Shown here: piece by piece, positions 28,501 to 38,368 of the stretch
Position numbering within the stretch: position 1 is the stretch's first letter
Layout of the letters: every line of letters begins with the position of its first letter
Origin: Candidatus Sumerlaeaceae bacterium
GTDB taxonomy: Bacteria > Sumerlaeota > Sumerlaeia > Sumerlaeales > Sumerlaeaceae
Assembly: GCA_051003195.1 (NCBI GenBank)
Contig: JBPCLP010000025.1
Span: forward strand, 32,001-96,000
Direction of reading: 5' to 3'
Length of the DNA: 64,000 bases
Program-made: the position numbers and the translations under genes
The notes under the pieces: generated by a model
The model's database searches: none
Told to the model about the DNA's origin: nothing
What the model saw: only the letters and a program-made list of their open reading frames with translations

Positions 28501-28615
28501 CACGACTCCCACCGAAGTCCTCAAGCTGGCTGACAATGCGCTCTATAGCGCGAAAGCCAGGGGCAAAAAGCGCTACGAAATGTTCGGAGAACCTTTAAGC
28601 CCGCTGGCTGATTAA
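25565..28615 (+). CDS. Diguanylate cyclase with multiple PAS and two GAF domains
   Basis: HDPLTGLANR, LDLDGFK and RPGDTVARLGGDEF (RxxD I-site); PAS/GAF repeats; start uncertain. Confidence 0.92.
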   Translation: MPVGNLYEHLMTGPYHKSVLPNAGINADRLLETLFDSVRDGVAITDDQGRIICCNAALAMLGQRPISDIIGHTPAELWKSVGNQGETSGETTAREDIIERPDGSRRTVAVRCYELGGEPAATAVLYRDITHLKLLERRGRESDKQYKLLLEHVNDGILITQNDTIVYANSHLSQMLGCHPAELALLNRKDLGYSGGESDSSESRFETIFTRKDGSTIDVEIVKSAGYYAEEAAVFEVVRDITRRRRIERRSSVLLPLGQRLNLASTDKEVARVTLQAAQELIGWHSSTLELMEHPNSHILHPVIFFDTINGEITEVPPPTQACRVDSLAARALQQGPLRINRKPDETAEGYRAFGDTSRRSMSLMFVPIRGGDDTVGVMSVQCYDADSYTDEDLEALQALAEHCSGALQRTVALASLRSSEQRYRQMFEKNLAIKLVLEPGTTQVVDANPAACRYYGYSLEQLKNMRFSDVTVSEHVEMFSHFNDAMAEQQAVFTAKHRLSSGVRRTVEISASPLEVNGRTLLHTILHDVTERERAVAQVEALAELGQRLNSALSSIEAGRILVDVADKLIGWDACFVDLFASDVDQNAMKPGHLLLPVVHIDNVRGQRQEVAPLNSVLPATSISYRVLQEGAYMILRSPGEMKLRPGQMFGDSGRPSASLMYVPIRGTAGVLGVLSIQSYKFNAYTASDLQMLQSLADHCGGALERTRAEEQVRLLESAVRLSSDMVIITAADPGSPTGTRIVFANDAVCQATGYLREELMGQSLAILQGPDTDREVLAQMRDALQAGSAITVELTNYKKDGTKYVVEFSAYSISDDYGRPRYFVSVQRDITARKRTEHELVHRAFHDPLTGLANRALLFERLEHILARSSRSSERFAVLFLDLDGFKAVNDQFGHDVGDLLLVSVARRLETCVRPGDTVARLGGDEFVILLEGVESNNDAKCVGDRVLEVFNTSHEVGGHTLMCGASIGIAQQPQGRTTPTEVLKLADNALYSAKARGKKRYEMFGEPLSPLAD

Positions 28616-29214
28616 ACTGCGTCGGCAGGCCGTCGATACAGCCCATGCTCTTCAATATATTCGCGGACTGCTGCCGGCAGCGCAGAGCCGACATCCGTCC
28701 CTGCTGCTAAATTCTCACGCAGGTCGGAACTACTCACATCCGGCAGGTAGCAGCGCGACATTACCTTGCTGCCAAGCGGCTGCCCATCCTGAAGCCGCGG
28801 AATAACAAGTAGAGGCGCCAGCTCTTTTACCTCGTCGAAAGCCCGCCACTTCTGCGCCTCCTGCAAGATGTCACTGCCGATAATTAACCGCAACTGCACC
28901 GCCGGGTTCGCGTTGCGCAGCGCGCGCAAGGTATCTACCGTGTAGCTCAGGCCGCCCCGCGTTTCCTCCGCACGCGACACCTCCACAAAGGACCGTACGT
29001 GAGCGAAGGCGAGCTGGCACATTGCAACGCGATGCTCAAACGACTCCAGCGATTTACCGAACGGGTGCTGGTAGCTTGGAATTACCAGCACCTTGTCCAG
29101 CGCCCACACGGACAGCGCGAAGTGACATGCCAGAACATGTCCGATGTGAGGCGGATTAAAGCTCCCGCCAAACACACCCCATACGGGCGATTGCCGCTCA
29201 TCAGTGGCAGTCAC
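28612..29214 (-). CDS. nadD: Nicotinate-nucleotide adenylyltransferase
   Basis: GGSFNPPHIGH, SYTVDTL, IIGSD and VSSSDLR. Confidence 0.93.
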   Translation of the reverse strand: MTATDERQSPVWGVFGGSFNPPHIGHVLACHFALSVWALDKVLVIPSYQHPFGKSLESFEHRVAMCQLAFAHVRSFVEVSRAEETRGGLSYTVDTLRALRNANPAVQLRLIIGSDILQEAQKWRAFDEVKELAPLLVIPRLQDGQPLGSKVMSRCYLPDVSSSDLRENLAAGTDVGSALPAAVREYIEEHGLYRRPADAV

Positions 29215-30233
29215 ACTGTACGTCCCGCAAGATACTCGGTCACTTCCCAGAGCTGCGAACGCAGTGCGTCGGGCAGCACCTGTAATGCGGCCAATGCGTT
29301 TTTGGTCAGCTCACCGCAACGCGCGTCTGCTGCCTGCATGGCTCCGCACAATTCAAACAACTGAAGCGCCTCCTGAACGTGCTCAGGCGTCGTCTCATCG
29401 CGAGGGAGATTCAATATCGACAGTAGCTGCGCCCCAACGGCGGGATCCGCATGTTCAAGTGTGTGTGCCACAAGAAAGCTGCGTTTGCCTTCGCGAATGT
29501 CCGAACCAATGGCCTCCCGCCCCTTGCCGTGGGTCAGATCGATAACATCGTCACGAATCTGAAACATCGGCCCAATCATCAGCCCAAATGTGGCCAGCGC
29601 GGCAGTTTGCCCGACAGTAGCATCCGCCGCAATTGCGCCGGCGATGAGCGGAGCGGCAAGGTAGTGGCCGGTTTTCTCGGTCACGAGGTGCATGTACTCT
29701 GCCGTGGTGATCCGCTGGTGGCGTGCATTCATATCCAGCGCCTGGCCGCGGTGCGTGTGGTCCAGTGTCGAGCGCATCAGCTCAAACATGCGCACCGTCC
29801 GTTCCGGCGGCGCCTCAAACTCATCAAGTAACAGTGCCTGAAATATCTTGGTGAACAGGTAGTCGCCGATATTGATTCCATGCGGCAGTCCGAAGCGCTT
29901 CCAGACGGCCGGTCTACCCCGTCGAAACTCATCACCGTCTTCGATATCGTCATGGACGAGGCAGAAATTATGCATCAGCTCGATTGCGGCGGCGAATGGA
30001 AGGGCGGGGCGGGACGCTCCAGACAGGGCCTGGCACACAAGCAGGCATAGCAGCGGTCGGATCCGTTTACCGGTATTGATCGCGTCAGGGTCGAGCCCAA
30101 GGGCATAAGCGGTTCCATCGTCGAGGTTCTCTATTGCCTCGCCGGTTGGCGTGATGATTTTACGAAGGACATCGTCAACATCCTGTTGCGCCTGCACAAA
30201 AAAGGCTTCGAGTTCGGGTGAAAGGCGATTCAT
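29211..30233 (-). CDS. Polyprenyl diphosphate synthase
   Basis: GKRIRP, HDDIEDGDEFRRG, GQALD, KT and FQIRDD. Confidence 0.93.
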   Translation of the reverse strand: MNRLSPELEAFFVQAQQDVDDVLRKIITPTGEAIENLDDGTAYALGLDPDAINTGKRIRPLLCLLVCQALSGASRPALPFAAAIELMHNFCLVHDDIEDGDEFRRGRPAVWKRFGLPHGINIGDYLFTKIFQALLLDEFEAPPERTVRMFELMRSTLDHTHRGQALDMNARHQRITTAEYMHLVTEKTGHYLAAPLIAGAIAADATVGQTAALATFGLMIGPMFQIRDDVIDLTHGKGREAIGSDIREGKRSFLVAHTLEHADPAVGAQLLSILNLPRDETTPEHVQEALQLFELCGAMQAADARCGELTKNALAALQVLPDALRSQLWEVTEYLAGRTV

Positions 30234-30256
30234 AGGAAGGTATTAGTGGGGCTCTA

Positions 30257-31090
30257 TTGAAACCGGGGAACAAAAAAGTGAAGCGGGCAGAGCCAAATCG
30301 TAGCCCCGGGCGCGCGACGCGACAGCGCACTTCGAAACGCCAGGCGCCGGAGTCGTCCGAACCTGTCCGTCTGCAGAAGTACATGGCCGATTGCGGACTG
30401 GCGAGCCGCCGGAAATCGGAGGAGCTGATCGCAGCGGGCCGCGTGCGCGTGAATGGCAAGGTCGTGAAAGAGCTCGGGACGAAAATCGTTCCGCGGACCG
30501 ACAAAATAACTGTCGATGGAAACGTGGTACGGGACCGCTCGCATGGTCGCCTTGCTTACTATGTAATGAACAAGCCGCGTGGGTTCCTGGTGACGGCGAA
30601 CGACCCCGAGCGACGCAAAACTATCTACGACCTTTTGACGGATGTGAAAGAACGTGTGGTACCCGTTGGGCGGCTGGACAGGGATTCAGAGGGTCTGTTA
30701 CTGCTGACGAACGATGGCGATCTCGCGTATCGGCTCATGCACCCCAAGTACAAGGTAGAGAAAGAGTACGAAGTACGCCTGAACGGGCGCGTGCATCCCG
30801 GCAAAGTTGCAAATCTGCGCGAAGGCGTAGAAATTGAAAGCGGCAAGACGCAGGCTGCACAGGTGCAGGTGCTGGATGAAAACGAAAACGGCACCCGCCT
30901 GGCCATCATTATAACAGAAGGCCGCAAGCGCCAGATTCGCCAGATGTGCGAAGCGCTGGGGTTCGAAGTGCGCCGGTTATTCCGTGTGCGCGAAGGTAAG
31001 ATTGTACTGGGACGGCTGCGGCCCGGGCAGCATCGAAAACTTACCGAGCAGGAAGTGCGACAGTTAAGAAAAGATGTCGGGCTGGAATGA
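30257..31090 (+). CDS. rluB: rRNA pseudouridine synthase (RluB/RsuA family)
   Basis: S4 domain RLQKYMA...SRRKSE, NKPRG, VGRLDRDSEGLLLLTNDG and EGRKRQIR. Confidence 0.88.
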   Translation: MKPGNKKVKRAEPNRSPGRATRQRTSKRQAPESSEPVRLQKYMADCGLASRRKSEELIAAGRVRVNGKVVKELGTKIVPRTDKITVDGNVVRDRSHGRLAYYVMNKPRGFLVTANDPERRKTIYDLLTDVKERVVPVGRLDRDSEGLLLLTNDGDLAYRLMHPKYKVEKEYEVRLNGRVHPGKVANLREGVEIESGKTQAAQVQVLDENENGTRLAIIITEGRKRQIRQMCEALGFEVRRLFRVREGKIVLGRLRPGQHRKLTEQEVRQLRKDVGLE

Positions 31091-31171
31091 GCGGCAACGG
31101 CTAATTGTTCGTACTGCTTAAGTCCAACCTGGATGCTCCGCGCTCGCGACTTATTGCGGCGTCACCCCGCA

Positions 31172-32152
31172 TTATTGCTGCTGTTGCTGTTGCTGCTGCA
31201 TCTGACGGTGGTGATCGATACGCGCCGACACAGACTCGGCGTTTTGGGCTGGTGACCAGACGCTGACACCCACTGGCTTTATCTCGACAACAGGCGCATC
31301 CGCTGGTGCTACCTGCACAGCAACACTGAGTTCGCTGGTCGCGCTGCCCTTGTGCACACCGCGGGTGGGCGGCACATCGGAGTAGTCGCGTCCTACGGCA
31401 ACGCGTATGTGCCGCTCAGCGGCGACCAGGTTGTTGGTGGGGTCAAACCCTACCCAGCCCAGCCGCGGCAGGTAGCCTTCTACCCATGCATGGGTGGCGT
31501 CGACAGCAGAACGGTCGTTGGCATCTTCGCGATGAAACAGATAGCCGCTGACGTAACGCGAAGGAATCCGCAGGAGCTGACGCATGATTGTCAGCATGAC
31601 GTGCGCGTAATCCTGGCACACGCCAGACAGGCACGTCAGTGCATCGTCGATCGTCGAGTCCACCTGCGTCGCCTGCGGCTCGTAAGCAAACCGGTCATAG
31701 ATGGCTGTGTTCAACTGCCTGAGCACGGTAAGCGGATCATCGCGCCGGACCATATTGAGCTCTTTGCCCAGTTCGATAAGCAACGTCGTCGCATGGGTGA
31801 ATCGGCTCGGCATCAGCATTTCGTAAAGATCCTCTTCGTCGACTGCGGCATCGAGTTCATCCCATGCGGACTCCGGCAGACGCTCCTGTATTTCGGGGAA
31901 GGGCATCACTTCGACAAGCGACTTTGCGGCAATGATGAGTTGTCCGTGTGGTTTGGGAACATCAAAGTGGTGAACGATATTGCCGAAGTGATCCGGGTGG
32001 GTGGTCACTGCGGCCCGTGGGTTCAAGTTTAATTCAAAGCTGCGGCAGACCTGCTGGCCATCGGTGGTGGGCTGCATGCGCAGTTCCGTGAGGCTCTCAG
32101 TGATGGGCAAGCTGTAATGAAATCTAGTGATGTGGCGAACTGAGTAGTGCAT
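31172..32152 (-). CDS. Transglutaminase-like family protein
   Basis: GVCQDYAH, RYVSGY, HAWVE and FDPTN; poly-Q C-terminus. Confidence 0.93.
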   Translation of the reverse strand: MHYSVRHITRFHYSLPITESLTELRMQPTTDGQQVCRSFELNLNPRAAVTTHPDHFGNIVHHFDVPKPHGQLIIAAKSLVEVMPFPEIQERLPESAWDELDAAVDEEDLYEMLMPSRFTHATTLLIELGKELNMVRRDDPLTVLRQLNTAIYDRFAYEPQATQVDSTIDDALTCLSGVCQDYAHVMLTIMRQLLRIPSRYVSGYLFHREDANDRSAVDATHAWVEGYLPRLGWVGFDPTNNLVAAERHIRVAVGRDYSDVPPTRGVHKGSATSELSVAVQVAPADAPVVEIKPVGVSVWSPAQNAESVSARIDHHRQMQQQQQQQQ

Positions 32153-32213
32153 GGCTAATTACAGAAACACCTCCGTGAACCCCGCATGCGTGCGGCTGAA
32201 ATAATAGACTGAA

Positions 32214-33179
32214 TCAGGAGGCAAGGGCTACCTCTATTGCGTACTCGATGTACAATTGATGCACCGCGTTGTGGATCTCCGCGGCCTGCTTTTGAACGTC
32301 GCGGAGGTAATGGTGGAGGTTACCGGAGAATACCTCGTCAATGTTGGTGAAATCGAGAAAAGCACACAGCCTGCCTGCAAGCCGGTTCACACGGCAGTTT
32401 TTGGCGGTGTCGGTTGTTTCGGAAATAGCGTCGAGACTGCTTTTGATGCAACTCGAACAGAAAGCAACTGAACGGGGAAACTCGGGATTCAGGAGCAGAA
32501 ACTCGGCGATGCGCTCACGGCGAATCTCCGCTGTATAAACCTTACAATAAGCCTCAAACGCCGTGCACGATTTCAGGAGTACAACGGACTCAAGGTACTC
32601 TCCCGCGTCCACGGGACTGTCGCTGCTCATGAAAGCTGAGCCGAACGCCGCATCGAGTAAACGCGCTGTGGCAGATGCCCGCTCCAGGTACTTCCCGAGC
32701 TGGATAAAGTGCCAGCCTTCGCCATGGCTCAACGTCGAATCTGTGATGCCCTGGAACAGGTGCGCACCCTGCTTAATCGAGGTGAAGAACTCGTGCGGCT
32801 GCCCACCCCAGATGGATTCGATCGTTGCGCTGCGAATATAGAGATAAAGCCCGTTCAGTTGTTCCCACATTTCGGAGCTGATCTGCTGTCGGACCTGCCG
32901 GGCATTTTCGCGTGCCACCTGGACACACGCGCTGATCGAGTGTTCGGATTCGACTTCAAAGCCCAACACACGTGTGACCTCATAAGCGTCAGACGGGACT
33001 GGAGTGTCGGCGCTGTCGGCGCCAAGACCCTGCATAAGACGCTGCCATCGGTCACTCGACGATTCCGGGCTGTAATCGAGCATGCTTTGCAGGTTCACGT
33101 CCAGTACGCGCGCATTGTGCTCGGCCCGCTCGAGATAGCGGCTCATCCAGTAAAGGCTGTCCGCGACCCTGGACAGCAT
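32214..33179 (-). CDS. Alpha-E domain-containing protein
   Basis: [33 protein letters not shown] and FPRS. Confidence 0.93.
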   Translation of the reverse strand: MLSRVADSLYWMSRYLERAEHNARVLDVNLQSMLDYSPESSSDRWQRLMQGLGADSADTPVPSDAYEVTRVLGFEVESEHSISACVQVARENARQVRQQISSEMWEQLNGLYLYIRSATIESIWGGQPHEFFTSIKQGAHLFQGITDSTLSHGEGWHFIQLGKYLERASATARLLDAAFGSAFMSSDSPVDAGEYLESVVLLKSCTAFEAYCKVYTAEIRRERIAEFLLLNPEFPRSVAFCSSCIKSSLDAISETTDTAKNCRVNRLAGRLCAFLDFTNIDEVFSGNLHHYLRDVQKQAAEIHNAVHQLYIEYAIEVALAS

Positions 33180-34681
33180 CAGTTATCACCCGCACTTTCG
33201 CCAGGTGCATGTAACACCCACGTATCTTTGCTGCCGCCGCCCTGGCTGGAATTTACCACAAGCGAGCCGCGCGTGAGAGCAACCCGGGTCAGGCCTCCCG
33301 GCACGATAGTCACGCGATCGCCGTAGAGTATGTAGGGGCGCAGGTCCACATGCCGCGGCTCTACCCGCCCATCGACGAAACAGGGCGCCGTAGACAGCTG
33401 TATAGTCGGCTGTGCGATATAGTTGCGCGAGTTCGCCGGTATAATGCGCGCAAACTCTTCGCGCTGTTCCCTGGTGCTGTGTGGCCCGATCAACATGCCG
33501 TAGCCGCCGCTCTCCCCCACTGGCTTTACCACCAGCTTATCGAGGTTTGCGAGCACATGGTCGCGCTGCTTTGCGTCATCGCACAGGAACGTCTCCACGT
33601 TCTCCAGGATCGGTTCTTCATCCAGGTAGTACTTGATAATTTTTGGCACGTAAGCGTACAAGGCCTTGTCGTCTGCAATGCCGGTTCCGATTGCGTTGCC
33701 GATTGCCACGTTTCCCGCACGATAGGCATTAAGCAGACCTGCCACGCCAAGGATACTATCGGGACGAAAAGCCAGTGGATCGAGAAAATCGTCGTCCACT
33801 CGCCGGTAGATCACGTCGACGCGCCGCAACCCCGCGGTTGTCCGCATGTAGAGAACGTTGTCGTGCACCAGCAGGTCGCGCCCTTCTACCAATTCGATGC
33901 CCATTTGCCGCGCGAGGAATGTGTGCTCGAAATAAGCAGAATTGTAAACGCCGGGCGTGAGCAAAACAATGGTGGGTTCGGCGACGTGCGGCGGCGCAAT
34001 AGCGCGCAGCGCCGCGAGCAATGCCTGCGGATAATGCTCGATCCCCATGATGCCGTAATCCCGGAACATGGCAGGGAAAACGCGCTTCATCACCTGCCGG
34101 TTCGCGAGCATGTAGCTCACTCCGCTCGGCACGCGCAGGTTATCTTCCAGCACGGCAAAACTGCCCGACGGCAATCGAATCAGGTCGCTGCCAATCACGC
34201 TGATGTAGATTCCGTTGGGCACGTGGAGGCCGCGCATTTCGCGGCGATAATGCCTGCAGCTGTACACCAGGGGACGCGGGATGACTTTGTCGCGCAGGAT
34301 CTTGCCTTCATGGTAAAGATCGTACAGGAAGAGGTTGAGGGCTGCAATGCGCTGGCTCAGGCCACGTTCGAGCGTGCTCCATTCTTCGGAAGTGATAATG
34401 CGCGGTAGCAGGTCGTAGGGAAAGATCCGCTCGGTGCCCTCATCGTCTCCATAAACTGTGAAGGTAATGCCCTGATGCAGAAACGATGCGTCGGCTGCCT
34501 GCTGGCGTCGCCGCAATTCCTCGGGTGCAAGCTCCTGCATGCGGTGGTAGAGCTGACGGTAGTGCTCGCGTGGCTGGCCGGGCGAGGCAAACATTTCATC
34601 GTACGCTTCGCCGATTGCGTAGCGGTCGTACGGCGTGTCAAAATCTTCCAGGGCCATGATACTCATATGGAATATCCACAC
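33179..34681 (-). CDS. Circularly permuted type 2 ATP-grasp protein
   Basis: [33 protein letters not shown] and [15 protein letters not shown]. Confidence 0.94.
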   Translation of the reverse strand: MWIFHMSIMALEDFDTPYDRYAIGEAYDEMFASPGQPREHYRQLYHRMQELAPEELRRRQQAADASFLHQGITFTVYGDDEGTERIFPYDLLPRIITSEEWSTLERGLSQRIAALNLFLYDLYHEGKILRDKVIPRPLVYSCRHYRREMRGLHVPNGIYISVIGSDLIRLPSGSFAVLEDNLRVPSGVSYMLANRQVMKRVFPAMFRDYGIMGIEHYPQALLAALRAIAPPHVAEPTIVLLTPGVYNSAYFEHTFLARQMGIELVEGRDLLVHDNVLYMRTTAGLRRVDVIYRRVDDDFLDPLAFRPDSILGVAGLLNAYRAGNVAIGNAIGTGIADDKALYAYVPKIIKYYLDEEPILENVETFLCDDAKQRDHVLANLDKLVVKPVGESGGYGMLIGPHSTREQREEFARIIPANSRNYIAQPTIQLSTAPCFVDGRVEPRHVDLRPYILYGDRVTIVPGGLTRVALTRGSLVVNSSQGGGSKDTWVLHAPGESAGDN

Positions 34682-34907
34682 CGTGCCGGCATAGCGGAAA
34701 ACATAGCCAAAGGTTCAGGTTCCGTGAAAGTTAATTCAAGGAATGAATCGATGATGTTCCGATTAAATGATTAAAAGGAACCGATTTACGGCGACCGCTT
34801 TACTGCAAATGAAGCGCTGCCTTTACCTCACTCAACGTCATGCCCGGTTCACTTGCTTCGCCTCTCTCAGATCGAGCAGATCCGGAGCGTCCAACAACAG
34901 AAAAGCG

Positions 34908-34953
34908 AACCACAGAGGCACAGAGTCACAGAGTCACAGAGGCATGCACAGAG
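34908..34953 (+). repeat. CACAGAG-unit repeat, same family as 2703-2801
   Basis: AACCACAGAGGCACAGAGTCACAGAGTCACAGAGGCATGCACAGAG. Confidence 0.8.
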
Positions 34954-35160
34954 GGATTTTGGTGCGCGGCTCGGTGGGCGGAATTTCTTCATGGTCAGTA
35001 AACGGACGTGTCCTCGAAATGTTCGTCGGCACTCTGTAGCACGAGAAACGGTCGACTTCGGAATATCTCCGTCCCTATATCTTCCAACGCGCAGACGATA
35101 CTCCGCGGAAAGCTCTGGGGTGCCCCCTGTAACCTATCGGTTGTTACGTCCTTGTACACG

Positions 35161-36690
35161 CTATCTCCAACTACCAAGAAATTCCATAGCCGGATATCCT
35201 CCATGTGGGTATACGCTCGGGTTGTGCGTGAATTTGTACGTACCAGTCTGCTCGTCGGGCTGGTACTGGATTGAATCGCCGGGCTTGGCCGCCAGTGGAT
35301 CGAGCGGAACAGGTTTGCCGCTGCGTTCACTTAGTTCGTGCAAGGTCCGTGGCATCGTACTCGTAGCGTTACTTCGAAGCCGTGCAATTTGCATCATGCA
35401 CTCGGCCTGCAAAACTGCTGCCTCTGCTTCGCGGCCGCGTTCATTCATCATTGCGCGGTTGTATCCGGGAAGCGCAACGTTCGCAACAGGGTTCCCCGCA
35501 GATTTCTTGTCACGCCACTCCTGTATTCTTTCACAACGACTCAGCAATGCGGGTAAACTATCAGAGTTAACGGTGCTATAATTCAGCGGTAGCCACTCCA
35601 GGCTGGAAAGAATGACACCGCAAAGTGTTCTCCGAACATAACTTTCATTCTTAGAAAACAAATCAGCAGGGCCTGGAAACGTACTCGGCAGGCGTAAGCC
35701 GGAAAGATCCTTCCTAAACGTGGCAAATTTTTCTTCGAGTTGCTTCGAAAGCTCTTCATCAAAATGCCGATTAAAGTTTTTCAAACGGTAACCGCCGGTT
35801 TTTTCCAGGCCGATACGGCACTTGATCGTCTGTGCGGTCCATATCACTTCGGCTTCACACGTGCGAAGTAAATTTTTACGCGCACGCTGCGGATCCAATT
35901 GATCGTACAATCTGGCTGCGATCTCCTCGCTCGGTACGGGAACAGAGCTCATCAGCTTACTGCATACATCGAAGCAAATACCATCCAGCGCTACTCCTAT
36001 CATTCCTTCCATCATGGAAGTGGTGGCGACCTTAAAGAATTCGGGCAGGTACATCCAATTCAGCAGTAGCGTATAGGCTCTGGTCGTATCGGAGTCAGCT
36101 ACTGCAAGCCATACCGCGGTTGGCAGCAATACGCGCGTTACCTGACGCGCATGAAACCCCTGCTTGAAGTAGACCGACTGCTCCGCGAAAGAAGCATAAG
36201 TCCACCCAAGCTCTTCAATGCGGCACTTTTCGTGCAAAGTGAGCAACGCTTCGATTGGAGTGCTGTTAATATCTGAACAGACGATCAGGCTTTCGGTCGT
36301 GTAGTCGTTACTTCCAAGGTAGCGTTTGACCCATTCCGGACCACTGAAGGGAACATTTCCGTCCGCCATTCTACTTGGTTTTTTGGAAACCAGGTCTTTG
36401 GGTTCGGCTCGCATAGCCGAGAAAATACGGACAACTTCCGCGACACCTTCTCGCCCTCGTTCACTAGACGGATACTTCGCCTTGTAGGCCTCAAGTGTAG
36501 CAGCAATACCCGCCGCTTCAACAACGGCAATCTGCTTTTTCTCTGCATCCAGGAACCAGCGATCAGAGTAATAGTTTTCCAGTAACGCCAGGCAAACTGC
36601 CAGGCAAACAAGCAGCAATCCACTGAGCACCCACAAGCGTTTACGACTGCGCCCCGCCGCAGCGGCAGTGCGGCCTACCGCGATCTTCAT
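35161..36690 (-). CDS. Membrane-anchored hypothetical protein with GspG-like C-terminal segment
   Basis: 509 aa; one N-terminal TM helix; tail MPRTLHEL...VPLDPL...IQY resembles pseudopilin C-domains. Confidence 0.55.
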   Translation of the reverse strand: MKIAVGRTAAAAGRSRKRLWVLSGLLLVCLAVCLALLENYYSDRWFLDAEKKQIAVVEAAGIAATLEAYKAKYPSSERGREGVAEVVRIFSAMRAEPKDLVSKKPSRMADGNVPFSGPEWVKRYLGSNDYTTESLIVCSDINSTPIEALLTLHEKCRIEELGWTYASFAEQSVYFKQGFHARQVTRVLLPTAVWLAVADSDTTRAYTLLLNWMYLPEFFKVATTSMMEGMIGVALDGICFDVCSKLMSSVPVPSEEIAARLYDQLDPQRARKNLLRTCEAEVIWTAQTIKCRIGLEKTGGYRLKNFNRHFDEELSKQLEEKFATFRKDLSGLRLPSTFPGPADLFSKNESYVRRTLCGVILSSLEWLPLNYSTVNSDSLPALLSRCERIQEWRDKKSAGNPVANVALPGYNRAMMNERGREAEAAVLQAECMMQIARLRSNATSTMPRTLHELSERSGKPVPLDPLAAKPGDSIQYQPDEQTGTYKFTHNPSVYPHGGYPAMEFLGSWR

Positions 36691-36861
36691 CTGACTATTG
36701 TCGAGTTTGCGATACGCATTCGCTGCATTCCGCGTTGCGAAACTTATCTAAGCAACTCCGGACCGCCCATGACTGGATAGTAATCTATCTCAATGGGTTC
36801 TGCCCGACCTTATATCCGTCCATAATTCGGGCGATCGAAACAACTCGAATCGGAAAGCTAA

Positions 36862-38121
36862 CTACGCGCTTTCCTTCTTTTCGCGGGCGATGTATACGGG
36901 TTCGGCGCGTTTTTCAATCACGTCGAGATCGATCCGCACTTCTGAAAGTTCGCTGCTGCGTGTCGGAAGGTCGTACATGATTTCAAGCATGACAGATTCC
37001 AGGATCGCGCGAAGCCCACGGGCGCCTGTTTCCATCTTAATCGCTTTTTGCGCCACCATTGCAAGCGCTTCCTGGTCGAACGACAGCTCGACGCCTTCCA
37101 GTTCGAAGAACTTCTTGTACTGTTTGATGATTGCGTTCTTCGGCTCCTGCAGGATTTGAACGAGCTGCTCTTCGCCCAATTTCTCCAGCGTCGAAACGAC
37201 GGGCAAACGTCCGATGAATTCCGGGATGAAACCAAACTTGAGCATGTCCTGGTAAGTGACCTGTGCGAAGAGCGCGCCGACGTCGCGCTCTTTGCGCGAT
37301 ACAATGTCGGCCCCGAAACCCATGCTCTTGGCCGCGGTACGGTGTTCAATGATGCGGTCCAGGCCATTAAACGCGCCGCCGCAGATAAAGAGAATGTTTG
37401 TCGTATCGATCGTGATGTATTCCTGGTGCGGGTGCTTGCGTCCGCCGCTGGGGGGGACGTTGGCGACGGTGCCTTCCAGGATTTTAAGCAGGGCCTGCTG
37501 GACGCCTTCGCCGCTGACGTCGCGCGTGATGGAAACGTTCTGGGTGGTGCGCGCGATTTTGTCGATCTCATCGATATAGACGATACCGCGCTCGGCCTTC
37601 TCCTTGTCGTTGCCGGCATTCTGCCAAAGTTTGAGCAGAATGTTCTCAACGTCCTCACCAACGTAGCCGGCCTGCGTCAGCGTTGTCGCGTCTGCAATGG
37701 CGAATGGAACATCGAGAATCCGCGCGAGAGTTTGCGCGATCAGCGTCTTGCCGCTGCCCGTGGGGCCAATCAGCAGGATGTTCGATTTCTCCAGTTCAAC
37801 GTCGTCGTTGCCGTAGTTGAACATGATACGCTTGTAGTGGTTGTGCACGGCGACACTGAGGATTTTTTTGGTTTGTTCCTGGGAGATGACGTACTGGTCC
37901 AGCGCCTTCTTGATCTCGTGAGGCGTGGGCAGGCGCTTGATGTTTTCAAGTGCAGCCTCTTCGGCCTTGATGAGCTGCTCCTGGCGCAGGCGATCGCTAC
38001 ATTGCGTGATGCAGTCATCGCATATATAAACGCTGGTCATCGTCTCCTTGTTCGGCAGCCCGCGGAACAGCGTCTTTACCGAGTGCTGATCCTTGCCACA
38101 GAAGGAGCATTTTAAGCGCAT
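36862..38121 (-). CDS. clpX: ATP-dependent Clp protease ATP-binding subunit
   Basis: CSFCGK...ICDDC zinc finger, [29 protein letters not shown] and TGARGLR. Confidence 0.97.
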   Translation of the reverse strand: MRLKCSFCGKDQHSVKTLFRGLPNKETMTSVYICDDCITQCSDRLRQEQLIKAEEAALENIKRLPTPHEIKKALDQYVISQEQTKKILSVAVHNHYKRIMFNYGNDDVELEKSNILLIGPTGSGKTLIAQTLARILDVPFAIADATTLTQAGYVGEDVENILLKLWQNAGNDKEKAERGIVYIDEIDKIARTTQNVSITRDVSGEGVQQALLKILEGTVANVPPSGGRKHPHQEYITIDTTNILFICGGAFNGLDRIIEHRTAAKSMGFGADIVSRKERDVGALFAQVTYQDMLKFGFIPEFIGRLPVVSTLEKLGEEQLVQILQEPKNAIIKQYKKFFELEGVELSFDQEALAMVAQKAIKMETGARGLRAILESVMLEIMYDLPTRSSELSEVRIDLDVIEKRAEPVYIAREKKESA

Positions 38122-38368
38122 GCAGTGAGCCTCTCCCAAGAGTACAAATCACGCCGCGAAACCCACACCATGTGGAACTTACGTCGTCGTCCGGGAAGAA
38201 TCTGCATGCCAGAACACAAACGGCAACAAAATCCTTCCGTAATTGTTAACCTTTAACGTTTTGGCGCATTCAGCAGCGCGCGATTGATTTTGGAAATAGC
38301 GTTTGGGGAAATGACGAGTCGCGACGCATCTTGACTTTAGATGTGCCGGCTCCTGAACATTCTTTATT

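Noticed and set aside
34767..35330. Short ORFs 34767-35039, 34853-35581 and 34995-35330
   Set aside because: They overlap a repeat or the 509-aa gene and show no recognisable motifs.
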